Positions 1 to 9,106 of a stretch of DNA of 64,000 nt are shown here, one piece after another (position 1 is the first letter of the stretch; every line of letters starts with the position of its first letter). A model generated the notes under the pieces. The model had not been told where the DNA came from. It did not search any database and saw only the letters and a list, made by a program, of their open reading frames with translations. The position numbers were made by a program, and so were the translations under genes. Source of the stretch: a virus (taxonomy: Duplodnaviria > Caudoviricetes); the IMG/VR virus record IMGVR_UViG_3300022752_000063, positions 1,939-65,938 of that record, one strand, 5' to 3'.

Positions 1-651
1 AAGATTCTACATGAATCGCATCCCTTTGGGATGATCTTACTTGCCCACGTACCCTAGGTCACTCTTGGACACGGACGCTCCTGCTCTCGACGAGGGGAAA
101 GCCTAGGCCGTTGTAGATGATGAACAACGCCTTGCCCGCTTGATCGTGGGTCAATTTGGCCGTGGTAGCGGTTGCCCGCTTGATTAGGCTCAAATCCTGA
201 AGGCGTGAGAGCGAATCCTTGCAAGAGGGAAGGGTAGCACCCTTGTGGCATCCACGGAACCCTTGCGGGTGGCATCGGTGGCCGTTTGCACTTCGAGAAC
301 GGGTTGCCCCGCCCATCGTATTCCTCCCTCGGAGGGGATCGCCTTGGAGGTACATTTCGCCTAGTCGCCTAGACCGTTCTTACTCCAAGTAGTCCTAAAC
401 CTCACGCTGATTTACCAAAGAACCACAAAGTAATGGGGAAACTCGGGGTCAGGATTCTGACAAGGATAGGGAGTCTCCTAGACGCCACCCCCCGCCCTAT
501 AACCAGCTTTATTACGATAGGGGATTTGAAAAATTTAATTTTTTTTATTCCAAAGGAGCTAAACCCGACCAATCTAGCCGCATATACCAAAAGGGATAAA
601 TCCAACCCCCACCATCCAAAACCCACCCTGTTTAGGATACGTTTCCACCCC

Positions 652-938
652 AGGGTGGATTATGATAATCCACCCTAAAATAATCAACCCACCCCCTAAG
701 TCGTTGATACGTCTCTGTAGTGGTGTATATGGTGGATTATATTATATTATATATTATAGGTATATATATTTAGAATATTATTTGGGCCGTGTATATTGTA
801 TAGCAGTAATATAAAAAATCCCCTCCTTGATCCACCACCTGCCCTTTGCCATTCACAGTGAACGACTTACAGCAAAAACCCTAACCCACCACCCCAAAAT
901 AACCCACCACTTTTTAGGTCTTACGCATCAACGACTTA
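652..938. repeat. Putative replication origin: inverted repeats around an AT-rich core
   Basis: Perfect 12-bp inverted repeat AGGGTGGATTAT-g-ATAATCCACCCT at 652-676. A 15-bp inverted pair with one mismatch, TAAGTCGTTGATACG (697-711) / CGCATCAACGACTTA (924-938), flanks a TA-rich tract at ~735-820. Many CCACC/GGTGG boxes. No credible ORF. Confidence 0.55.
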
Positions 939-1159
939 CGTTTCCGACGTTTCGATTTTGTAACTCCTTGTGGCTCAACCTTTTTCCAGATCTTGCAATT
1001 TACGTCCAAACGTACGGATTCTTCCATACAGAACTGATAAGCCTTCCACCCTACACCGTACAGGTTGAACCATGGAGTCCTGGAGATTAGGTCTCCGATT
1101 AAGTAGTATAGGTACGAGACTGTGGATTGAAAACGTTGAATCATCTGAAGGTGGCGGGA

Positions 1160-1792
1160 TTACCTTGATGGAACCTCGCCTTTAATCCGTTTGGTAAACT
1201 CATCCAAGGTCATCTGCCCTGTTTCAAATTTGTAAACTGGATCTTCCGGATCGGATGGGCCAGCGGATGGGGGATTGAGGAATTCGTATGCTGGGGCTTC
1301 TGCTAGCATTCTACCCAACCCCAATCCCCCACTTACTATAGACTTTCCTATATTTTTTAATTTTGAAGATACGGGAACATACTTCCCCTCTCCTATATGT
1401 TTAAATATTTGTGCTTTTGCTGCGTCCAATTCTTTTAGTGGTTCCCCATTCTCCCCAGTCGGGAAATAGGTAGAACCTTTTCCATGCCTACCTCTCGTGG
1501 AGGCTTTTATACTTTCGTCCTTTGTTTGGATTATATAGTGGTCCGGATCTCCAAGAGCATAATCTAGATTTACACCACCCTTTGAGAAAGACGGGTAATC
1601 GGTTGGTCTACCCGACAGGTTTACCTTGCCTTCTGGTACTTCAGTTTTACCCGCCCCTTTGTACGTCGAGCTTCCCTTTGTCCGGATTTTACCTGAATCC
1701 AAGATATCTTGAATTGCGTCTGGTCCCCTAATTACCCTATAAAAAGATTTGGGATCAGAAAAGTAATCTAAATTTGTAGCGCCTAGTGGCAT
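1160..1792 (-). CDS. Hypothetical protein, 210 aa (possible ADP-ribosyltransferase-like fold)
   Basis: ATG start with an upstream promoter-like sequence; begins MPLG; FYRV...SFSK pattern weakly resembles ART strand motifs. Confidence 0.6.
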   Translation of the reverse strand: MPLGATNLDYFSDPKSFYRVIRGPDAIQDILDSGKIRTKGSSTYKGAGKTEVPEGKVNLSGRPTDYPSFSKGGVNLDYALGDPDHYIIQTKDESIKASTRGRHGKGSTYFPTGENGEPLKELDAAKAQIFKHIGEGKYVPVSSKLKNIGKSIVSGGLGLGRMLAEAPAYEFLNPPSAGPSDPEDPVYKFETGQMTLDEFTKRIKGEVPSR

Positions 1793-1857
1793 GGTTGACC
1801 CTTATATAACATTTTGGTACGGATCGTCTAGTGACATCAGCGTCTGAAATCGTTCGA

Positions 1858-2451
1858 TCATACTTTCCTCGCTATGATGTTTTCTCTGGATTTGTGTACC
1901 TGCTCGAATCTCTGGTGTCGCAGTTCCTCGATAATGCCTTCGTAGCTTGCCTCTTGGGTGTGCTCAATGCAGACCAGCCGTGTTTTATCCAGACGTCCAC
2001 GCATGGACTTGAGGATCAGAAGATCGTGGCCTTCGGTGTCTATGCTCACGAAATCAAAGTCTCCCGTGAGGTCCTTGGGGCTGATTGCGTTGACCTTGAA
2101 CTTGGGCGATCCGATTAAGTGCGGGAACAACTCTTTGGCGTTGCTGGAAATTGACGAGCTGAATTGTGGTCCGTGAGAGTCGTAAAAGAAATCGGTCAGC
2201 CCCGACTTGTCCGACATTGCGGCATTGATGAGCGTGAATCGTTCGTCGTTTCCGTATCGTTTCAGCAAATCCAAAAACAGGTGGGGGTTTGGTTCCACCA
2301 GCGTTCCCGACCAGCCCAGCAAAGCCAAGGCCCGTGTGTTGCTCAACGTCTGGCCGTCGTGGGCCCCGATGTCCAAGAACCTTCCGTTGGGTATGTCGGC
2401 CAGCTCCCTCAGGATAACCGGCTGTTCGTCGGTCTGGGTGAAGTGCTCCAT
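1858..2451 (-). CDS. FkbM-family SAM-dependent methyltransferase
   Basis: FLDIGAHDG, VEPNP and SIDTEGHD motifs typical of FkbM/Methyltransf_21. Confidence 0.9.
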   Translation of the reverse strand: MEHFTQTDEQPVILRELADIPNGRFLDIGAHDGQTLSNTRALALLGWSGTLVEPNPHLFLDLLKRYGNDERFTLINAAMSDKSGLTDFFYDSHGPQFSSSISSNAKELFPHLIGSPKFKVNAISPKDLTGDFDFVSIDTEGHDLLILKSMRGRLDKTRLVCIEHTQEASYEGIIEELRHQRFEQVHKSRENIIARKV

Positions 2452-2587
2452 TTACAAGTATTCTACTGGATGGGTATATCGGTGTCGATGACTTCCGCCG
2501 CGCCCGCTTTCTGGCTTTTGATGATTATCTGGACCGTCTCATTCATAATGACACGCAAGCGGAATTGAACCACCTACGGTCACGTGG

Positions 2588-4720
2588 CTAGATCTCTTCG
2601 TTTGATTTGAGACTGATCTTCCAGATCGTGGTACCACGCACGATCCTTCGTTTCAGCCTCTCGTCCGTGGATGAGAGGTTCGCCAACATTCGTCCCAGCG
2701 CCCGGGCTCCGTGGATGAACATCTTCACCGAGTCCCGGAGACTTGCGTCATTCTGGAAAGCCAACAATAGTTCCGTCGCCGTGCCCGACCATTCCTCGCT
2801 CTCGGGATGATCCTTGGCGTACTGTCTTAGGTACAGGTCGAGGAACTCCGAGAACTCGTGTGAGCCGGACGACGACCTAGATTCTTGGAGCAGGATCGGG
2901 TGGTGGTAGGATTTCACACCGTACCGTTCCGAACCTTTTGTTTCCTGCGGAGCATTCCAGCTAACCAACCAAGCGGCGAAGTGGGGGATCTCCTGATTGA
3001 GGATTGCCTCCAAGTCCGCGTGGCTGGGGAACTCGATGCCGTGGTCCTTGAACTTGAACAAGCTGATCTTGTCCAGGATCGAACCATCCGTGTGCGGTAT
3101 TGCTTGAATGGATTCTGGATCGTCGTTTAACGTGTCGATGATCCGCCCCATCCAGTCCACGGTCTGTGCATCATGGAACTTCCGGTGATAGGCGTGACGT
3201 GTGTTGGCCACGCCCTTCTTGATCATCTGGCTGAACTTCTTGTGGGATTCCATCGAATTGGCGCTGGAGGAATCGTCGACGTTCCATACGGCGACCTCGA
3301 ACAGCTCGGCGTTGAATGCGCTTCCGTTGACGAGGTAATCCGATGCATCGCTACCTCCCCCCATGAGGCTGGCAACAATGCGGGAACCGAAGAGAGTTTT
3401 ACCTTTCCCGACTGGCCCCGCGATAAACACGGCCTGACCGGGTACGAGGCGACCTTCCAATGCCGAGCAGTAGAATCGCTTTAGCCAAGCCATCAGAAAC
3501 GTCAGGGAATCGTGGGGGTCCAGAGCCTTGTCCAAGAAGTTGGCTATCCACGGGAAGCCCTCTCCCCAAGCATGGGGACCCTCCGCCGGCTGTACCAAGC
3601 GTAGGCGCGAGATGTTGAGCACCCTACGCCCGTTCTGCACCAGGACCTCTCTTGGATCATAAAGACAAGGAATAGGGGCATCTATGATGCGAGAATCGCG
3701 TATACGGCGCATGGCCTCGTCCGCTTGGGACAGGGTACCCCGTAGATCGGGGGCCCCAGATAGCCCGAAAGAGCCAATGATATCCTGCTTGGCCACCCCT
3801 GCTTCGCTAGACCGCCATTTGCCCTCGAGGTCCCGACGCCAGTAATACTTGCCGTCGAACCAGAAACTCGAGATGGCACCGCCGTATTGATCCTCTTGGA
3901 ACTCCCGTACCCAGTTGGAACCAAACAGGTCGGCCCAGTTGTAGAAGCTACGTTCCTGTGAGAAAGCAACCATGCCGGTCTCGGTGACAATCGCCGCGGT
4001 CGGGTTGACCGACTCGGGGTTCCAGAACGCAGGTCCTCGGGCCCCGACTTCAAACGGTCCCATCCACTTGCCCGGATAGGTCGCCTGTACCCGTTCGAAC
4101 ACCTTGTCCAACGGGATTGCCGCGTCGCCCTCGCCACGATACTTGCGGGCTTTCTCAACGGCTTGGCCGAGCAAGTTGTGGATCGCCGTGGATTTGATCG
4201 GCACTTCGCTGAACGGAATGGCCGGTGGCATCCAGCAGTAATACTGTTCGGGCCGGTGGATGTTGTCGTCCAGTCCGGGGAAAAGATTCTTGGCATTGGT
4301 TTCCTTAATCAACAATCCAAGGAACTCCTTGAGCACTCCAGGGAGAATGGCGATCGGTTCCTCAAACATCCAGATCACACGGCAGTTTCCACTAACCGTC
4401 CGGTGTGCGAACATGGGTTTAAATCCCGTGCGTGTTCTGCGTGCAAGACCATCGACAATTTCCTCGCGTGTGACAACGGCGTCGTAGTCCGCAATCAGTC
4501 CGTGCATTTTCCACGGAGCGTTGGATTTGTTTACACGGCCGTGTGGATTAATACCCTCATACGCCGAAACAAAATATCCCTCAGTTGTGTCAGCCGAGAC
4601 CCAGTCCTTGAAAGCGTCTTTTGTTTTTGGAAACTTCGGCCATTCCTTGATCTCCCAAGGTTTGACCGGAGTTATGTTTCCGCTCGATAGGTTGGGAAGC
4701 GAGAAGAGTGTCGTCTTCAT
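2588..4720 (-). CDS. Primase-helicase (N-terminal primase-like domain, C-terminal P-loop NTPase)
   Basis: N-terminal ADYD...HRTVSGNCR primase-like motifs; Walker A GPVGKGKT; Walker B-like WNVDD. The start MKTTLF overlaps the polymerase stop (ATGA at 4717-4720). Confidence 0.8.
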   Translation of the reverse strand: MKTTLFSLPNLSSGNITPVKPWEIKEWPKFPKTKDAFKDWVSADTTEGYFVSAYEGINPHGRVNKSNAPWKMHGLIADYDAVVTREEIVDGLARRTRTGFKPMFAHRTVSGNCRVIWMFEEPIAILPGVLKEFLGLLIKETNAKNLFPGLDDNIHRPEQYYCWMPPAIPFSEVPIKSTAIHNLLGQAVEKARKYRGEGDAAIPLDKVFERVQATYPGKWMGPFEVGARGPAFWNPESVNPTAAIVTETGMVAFSQERSFYNWADLFGSNWVREFQEDQYGGAISSFWFDGKYYWRRDLEGKWRSSEAGVAKQDIIGSFGLSGAPDLRGTLSQADEAMRRIRDSRIIDAPIPCLYDPREVLVQNGRRVLNISRLRLVQPAEGPHAWGEGFPWIANFLDKALDPHDSLTFLMAWLKRFYCSALEGRLVPGQAVFIAGPVGKGKTLFGSRIVASLMGGGSDASDYLVNGSAFNAELFEVAVWNVDDSSSANSMESHKKFSQMIKKGVANTRHAYHRKFHDAQTVDWMGRIIDTLNDDPESIQAIPHTDGSILDKISLFKFKDHGIEFPSHADLEAILNQEIPHFAAWLVSWNAPQETKGSERYGVKSYHHPILLQESRSSSGSHEFSEFLDLYLRQYAKDHPESEEWSGTATELLLAFQNDASLRDSVKMFIHGARALGRMLANLSSTDERLKRRIVRGTTIWKISLKSNEEI

Positions 4721-6480
4721 TTCTCGTAACACTCCGCTTCTTTGGATTCGCTACCAATGGGACAACCCGGTAGCCATTCAGGTGTGGTACTCATAATGTG
4801 GTCTACGTCCTTGCATTTCACGTCCTTATCAACTTCAAGGATAACTTCGTCGTGGACGTGAAACAGAACACGAAGCCCTTGGGTTTCCAACCGCTGGACG
4901 CATTCGGCGAACACATCCCTTGCGGTTGCTTGCACTAGATTCTCACATAGCCGTCCGCCGTAAAGCGGATATTTCGGCCCTCCCAATTCCAGCGAGGCCC
5001 GCCAATCCGGTTTGCCATGCTTGCCCATTTGGGGCGTGACATCCCAGTATTTTTGTGCCCGACCGGATGGAAGCTCGACATGGTAGTCCTCGCCTTTGGA
5101 TTCCCGAAGCCCTCGCTCCAGCTTGCTCCACAGCTCGACCACCTTGAAGTTCTTACGGCGGTAGTCGTCCACCAACTCCTTACTTCTGGCCTCGGTGATT
5201 TCCAGCCCTGCCATGAGCTTGGCGATAAGCACGAACTTCTTGTACCCGCACCCGTAGCCCAGACCCAAGACCTGTGCCTTGGCTAGGGCGTAGAGTTCCT
5301 TGGACTTCTTGAAGGTACCCTTCTCACCCTTCCACATGCCGGTCGATATCGCAAAGGCTTCATAGATGCCGTAGCCGTTCCGTACAGCCTCAAGGAGGGC
5401 CGTATTGCCCGCCAGCCATGCCAGCACCCTTGGTTCGATCTGGGACAGGTCTGAGATGATAAACTTCTTACCCGCCCTAGGGATGAGGCATGCCCGTAGG
5501 TCTACCCCAAAGCATGGGTCCCTGGGCAGGTTCTGGAGGTTAAACTTGCTGTCCCCGGACCACCTACCGGTATGGGCACCAAAGTACTTTAGCCCGAAAG
5601 GCATAGTTCCGTCTGGACGCCTACGTTTGTGGAGGATGTGCATCTTCTGCAAAAGCATGTTGGCCTTACGCCAGTCCCGCATGGCCGCTACCCACGGGAA
5701 TTTGTCCCCATAGGTTTCCTCCCATAGCTGGCAACCCGGATCGTCCTCGGACGTGGATGGGGGAACCTCAATCCCAGCCTCACGGCAAGCCTTGGCCAGA
5801 CCGGAGACGGACAGCACGTCGCTGGTGTAATCCCCGTCGGTCTTCCACGGCATATGCTCGATCGCCTTGATCCGTATCCAGTCCAAGGCGTTCAGACCTT
5901 TATCCACAAGATCGGTGTTCACATTGATGCCGTACCACCCAGACTCGATGGTGTGCTTTGATAAAAATTTTTCCACCGCTGACATGCGGTCGCCAAAAGT
6001 TTCGTAAAGCTCCAAGCAATGCTGGGCATCCTTTGCAGCGTAGAGTTTGAAAGCTTTGCCTTGATCGGTGTCTTTGACCTCGTTCCAAGTCTTGCCTTTC
6101 ATGGCGGAGCGGGGATCTTTGGACATATCAACCCCCAAGAGTTGCTTGGATACCCCAGCCAGATTGCGTGGAGCGCCCAAGAAAGCTGCCAGATTGGCCG
6201 TGCAGAAGAACTCCTTGGGCTTTGCCTTCATCACGCCCATCTCATGCAGACGCTCGATGCACGATCCGTCGAAAGCGTAGTTGTGGGCTACCCAGCGGTG
6301 ACCGTCAATCTTGTCCCACGGTGCGTTCTTGGGATGACCGACGTATTCCACTCCTGGGCCTTTGATAGCAACCATGTAGATATCGGCATTGGGGTGGCGT
6401 AGATAATGCCAAGTACCCAGCGTGGTGATCGACGTTTCCTTGTCGTAGTACGTTTCAAAATCTATGGCGTAGGTGTTCAT
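4717..6480 (-). CDS. polA: DNA polymerase, family A, with 3'-5' exonuclease domain
   Basis: Exo motifs IDFET, AHNYAFD and YAAKD; HTGRWSG; NLQNLPR; motif A DLSQIEPR; motif B KAQVLGLGYG; motif C HVHDE. Confidence 0.95.
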   Translation of the reverse strand: MNTYAIDFETYYDKETSITTLGTWHYLRHPNADIYMVAIKGPGVEYVGHPKNAPWDKIDGHRWVAHNYAFDGSCIERLHEMGVMKAKPKEFFCTANLAAFLGAPRNLAGVSKQLLGVDMSKDPRSAMKGKTWNEVKDTDQGKAFKLYAAKDAQHCLELYETFGDRMSAVEKFLSKHTIESGWYGINVNTDLVDKGLNALDWIRIKAIEHMPWKTDGDYTSDVLSVSGLAKACREAGIEVPPSTSEDDPGCQLWEETYGDKFPWVAAMRDWRKANMLLQKMHILHKRRRPDGTMPFGLKYFGAHTGRWSGDSKFNLQNLPRDPCFGVDLRACLIPRAGKKFIISDLSQIEPRVLAWLAGNTALLEAVRNGYGIYEAFAISTGMWKGEKGTFKKSKELYALAKAQVLGLGYGCGYKKFVLIAKLMAGLEITEARSKELVDDYRRKNFKVVELWSKLERGLRESKGEDYHVELPSGRAQKYWDVTPQMGKHGKPDWRASLELGGPKYPLYGGRLCENLVQATARDVFAECVQRLETQGLRVLFHVHDEVILEVDKDVKCKDVDHIMSTTPEWLPGCPIGSESKEAECYEK

Positions 6481-6767
6481 TTAATTTTGATGATGGTGAT
6501 CCTGTCCTCACCTATGATTGCCTTTGCCATCACTTCTTCTAGGAATGACATCACCGCCAGACAAGCTGAAATACCAGCCACGTCCTCCTTGTCCGCGTCC
6601 TCTAAAATTTTTCCTATGGCTTTATGGGCCTTTACGTGGTTGTCGATAATCTCGACAGGACCAAATTCTTCCACGATCAACTTTGCGGCTTTCGCCGCTT
6701 CGTCCAAACGTGGGTCAGGAATGATTACAAGTTCTTCTGAAAGTTGTGCTGCTGTTTTGTGGTACAT
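6477..6767 (-). CDS. Hypothetical protein
   Basis: 96-aa ORF coupled to the polymerase gene by a 4-nt overlap. Confidence 0.7.
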   Translation of the reverse strand: MYHKTAAQLSEELVIIPDPRLDEAAKAAKLIVEEFGPVEIIDNHVKAHKAIGKILEDADKEDVAGISACLAVMSFLEEVMAKAIIGEDRITIIKIK

Positions 6768-6791
6768 AAATTTTTGCCCGATTCACCTGAA

Positions 6792-6896
6792 CCGCCATCG
6801 GGACCGTGGCGGGAAAGAACGTCTCCCAACCTAACAAGGGCTGTGATTCTCGGGAGACACCGCAGGGGATACGGACACAATGGAGAATCACAACCC
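6792..6896 (-). ncRNA. Candidate structured cis-regulatory RNA (pseudoknot plus hairpin)
   Basis: Intergenic. 14-bp stem 6883-6896/6838-6851 (perfect with one G-U on the minus strand); 7-bp crossing stem 6852-6858/6821-6827; further hairpins at 6860-6874 and 6792-6812. Confidence 0.45.
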
Positions 6897-6898
6897 AA

Positions 6899-7057
6899 TT
6901 ATTTCTGCCAAAAAGCGTTGCCTTGAGAGACGTGCCTCAAGTCTTCCTCTTGCCTGATCTGGCGTATCCAACTGTTTCTTTCCAAGTTGGTACCTTTGTT
7001 GTAACCGACAACCCAGCCGATCACAAACGATCCCAGACCCACCAAGAAGAAAAGCAT
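6899..7057 (-). CDS. Small membrane protein, 52 aa (not in ORF track)
   Basis: Hand translation MLFFLVGLGSFVIGWVVGYNKG...; one TM segment; starts 1 nt after the upstream stop. Confidence 0.65.
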   Translation of the reverse strand: MLFFLVGLGSFVIGWVVGYNKGTNLERNSWIRQIRQEEDLRHVSQGNAFWQK

Positions 7058-7058
7058 G

Positions 7059-7319
7059 TTAGTCCAACGTCACAATGGCCGGACCGCCATCGACTGCGGT
7101 TGATACTTCGCCCTCAGCCGGCTTGTCGACAATCTGACCTCCAAGCTTTTTGTTGGCGTCTTCCATGCCGAGCTCAAGGGCTTTTTGAACGTAAGGCAAC
7201 ATAAACATTGCCGCCGACTTCTCCTCGTTGCACACGTTCTCGTCTTGGGAAAGGCGGATCTCAAAATCCATTCCTTTGCCTTCTTTATCATACTTGCATT
7301 GAATCATTACTGATGTCAT
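7059..7319 (-). CDS. Hypothetical protein
   Basis: Likely start MTSVMIQ with ATGA overlap to the upstream gene. Confidence 0.65.
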   Translation of the reverse strand: MTSVMIQCKYDKEGKGMDFEIRLSQDENVCNEEKSAAMFMLPYVQKALELGMEDANKKLGGQIVDKPAEGEVSTAVDGGPAIVTLD

Positions 7320-7594
7320 TTGTTTTTTCCTTTCTTTGGTTTTACCGATTTCCTCAACCATTTTTCAAAGTGTTTTTCGTCCACCCCTTGCATACAATGC
7401 AAAGCATAAAACCCCATAATGACCGCTATCATGGTATGTTCTTTTGCTTGGTTGAGATATTCCTGATCCGGATACATGAACGTCATTGTTTTGTTCGCAT
7501 TGAACCGCAAACCCGTTTCTTCGCGGGAATCAATGGGCAGAAGATACAGTCTTCCACGCACCAATAGTTTTATTGCTTTTATTAGTTCGTTCAT
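7316..7594 (-). CDS. Hypothetical protein
   Basis: 92-aa ORF in an overlapping gene chain. Confidence 0.65.
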   Translation of the reverse strand: MNELIKAIKLLVRGRLYLLPIDSREETGLRFNANKTMTFMYPDQEYLNQAKEHTMIAVIMGFYALHCMQGVDEKHFEKWLRKSVKPKKGKNK

Positions 7595-7869
7595 TTCTTT
7601 TTGTTCTTTCGAGTTTTCGATGTTGGGCTCACGGCTTTGGTTTGTCCAGCTTTATTTTCTGCCGCTTGCCTACGCTTTTTCGCATGCCGTACTTCGCTAC
7701 CAATGATGCCTCGGAAACCGTCTCCGTAGTGCATCCCGCGGCGTTTGAAAAAATCATTCATGCCCTTGTTGAATTTGGCTATCTCCGCCATGGTAAGTTC
7801 TCGGCTGTGACCGGAAACTCCCATGCGTACGCTTTCACGTTTCTGTGTTGGGCCAAAGTCATCACTCAT
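7591..7869 (-). CDS. Hypothetical basic protein
   Basis: 92-aa ORF with 4-nt overlaps on both sides. Confidence 0.65.
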   Translation of the reverse strand: MSDDFGPTQKRESVRMGVSGHSRELTMAEIAKFNKGMNDFFKRRGMHYGDGFRGIIGSEVRHAKKRRQAAENKAGQTKAVSPTSKTRKNKKK

Positions 7870-8240
7870 TTGATCTTTCCTCTCTTGGCTTTATACAAAA
7901 GAAAGGCGCATCTCACCAACGCCCGTTCAAGATGGGCAAGATGAGTTTCACCGTTGGGATCTGGGTCAGGGCGGTTTCCATCCATTTGCATAAGCGCTTG
8001 GCATAGATGGGAGATTGCCCGATCAGAGTTATACCGGAAACTATCTTGGTAATACCATTGGCCAAAAGTGCTTTTGTCCGAGCCTTTCTCCATGATACGG
8101 CACACGGTTGTAGAAGCCTCACTTGCGACTTCGAGGATACTAGGTGGTAGAGCTTCAACTGTTTCTCCTTTTTCGTTGGTGTAGGTGAATAATTTATTTT
8201 CCAGGCTCAAGGGTCTCTCCTCTCTGGATCGACTGGGCAA
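7866..8240 (-). CDS. dATP/dGTP diphosphohydrolase-like protein (DUF5664-like)
   Basis: LPP...KG..K...W...RAISHL...DPNGETHLAH...FLL pattern; start position uncertain. Confidence 0.6.
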   Translation of the reverse strand: MPSRSREERPLSLENKLFTYTNEKGETVEALPPSILEVASEASTTVCRIMEKGSDKSTFGQWYYQDSFRYNSDRAISHLCQALMQMDGNRPDPDPNGETHLAHLERALVRCAFLLYKAKRGKIK

Positions 8241-8379
8241 TTAATTTTGCCGCGTCGATCTGGCATATGGCGGCTCGGATGGCATGACATTTACCCGCAG
8301 GTGCGTCATCACGAAGTTTGACCATCATTTTACGACCCCGTTCCAAGGTGTCGATTAACCAATCAATATCATATTTCAT
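8194..8379 (-). CDS. Hypothetical protein
   Basis: 61-aa ORF coupled to the upstream gene. Confidence 0.6.
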   Translation of the reverse strand: MKYDIDWLIDTLERGRKMMVKLRDDAPAGKCHAIRAAICQIDAAKLIAQSIQRGETLEPGK

Positions 8380-8807
8380 TTCTTCTCCTTTTTGCTGATG
8401 TCTACTTCGGCGTACTTTCCGATTTTAGCCATCTCGCGTTCTGCTTCCTTTTCACTTTTAAAGAACAGATCAACCACGGGAAGTCTTTTCTTGCGTGGTT
8501 TCCACCATTCGCTTTTCCTGTTGACGACCGCTGTGCCGGTGTCTACAGCGCGAAACTGTCTTCCGGTTTTGACCAACGTGACCGTCGAGCCGTACGGGAT
8601 TACGTACGGGTCTACCGCACATGAGTAACCGGCAATCAACTTACTTCCTGTTGAGCTTTGGTACTTGGAAGTCCATCTGTCTTGGCCCACCCAATAGGCT
8701 GTAAGTCTGACCTTAATTCTTTTGGGTGGTTCTTTTTCCCACATGAGGTTTGCCGCATGTAGCGGAAACAACAGCATGGGAGCCAATACCAACAGTCGGA
8801 TACTCAA
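8376..8807 (-). CDS. 3D-domain protein (lytic transglycosylase-like) with signal peptide
   Basis: LTAY, AVDPYVIPYGS, AVDTG and VDLFF give the three-Asp 3D signature; hydrophobic N-terminus ending LHA. Confidence 0.85.
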   Translation of the reverse strand: MSIRLLVLAPMLLFPLHAANLMWEKEPPKRIKVRLTAYWVGQDRWTSKYQSSTGSKLIAGYSCAVDPYVIPYGSTVTLVKTGRQFRAVDTGTAVVNRKSEWWKPRKKRLPVVDLFFKSEKEAEREMAKIGKYAEVDISKKEKK

Positions 8808-9106
8808 AACGGCAACTCCTCTTGAACCATCTCCTGCTCGATCTCGTCCTCTACGGGAGGCTCTACTTCCCGGAACCGTTCCTGATTAAACCCCCTTTCA
8901 GGATACGGGGGTGTCGAGGAGTTAGGGTTTACTATGCCGTTTAAGTAAAGAACAATCTCGGGCTGTCCGTCCCACCCCACGCCAACTCCGACATCACGCA
9001 CAACGTATTCGGCGTCCTTGACTGGGAGAAAATTGTAAAAGTTTACAACTTCCTTGGGGAACTTGTCATCAATACAAATTACTTTTGACCCACGTCTCAT
9101 AGCCAT
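8804..9106 (-). CDS. Hypothetical protein
   Basis: Likely start MAMRRG; GSKVICID...Y.VR...RFR pattern common in small phage proteins. Confidence 0.7.
   Translation of the reverse strand: MAMRRGSKVICIDDKFPKEVVNFYNFLPVKDAEYVVRDVGVGVGWDGQPEIVLYLNGIVNPNSSTPPYPERGFNQERFREVEPPVEDEIEQEMVQEELPF

Noticed and set aside
54-1144. Short ORFs in the first 1.1 kb
   Set aside because: Overlapping, motif-free and lying over the repeat/AT-rich region; at most one tiny ORF (~914-1027 minus) may be real.
2550-2581. tRNA gene
   Set aside because: Only a T-loop hairpin; no cloverleaf, anticodon arm or CCA.
6792-6896. HDV-like ribozyme interpretation of the pseudoknot
   Set aside because: Helix order does not fit the nested P1-P2-P3-P1.1-P4 topology on either strand.
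7866-8240. DUF5664-like gene as evidence for a 2-aminoadenine (Z) genome
   Set aside because: No PurZ/adenylosuccinate synthetase-like gene or HD-type dATPase is seen in the window.
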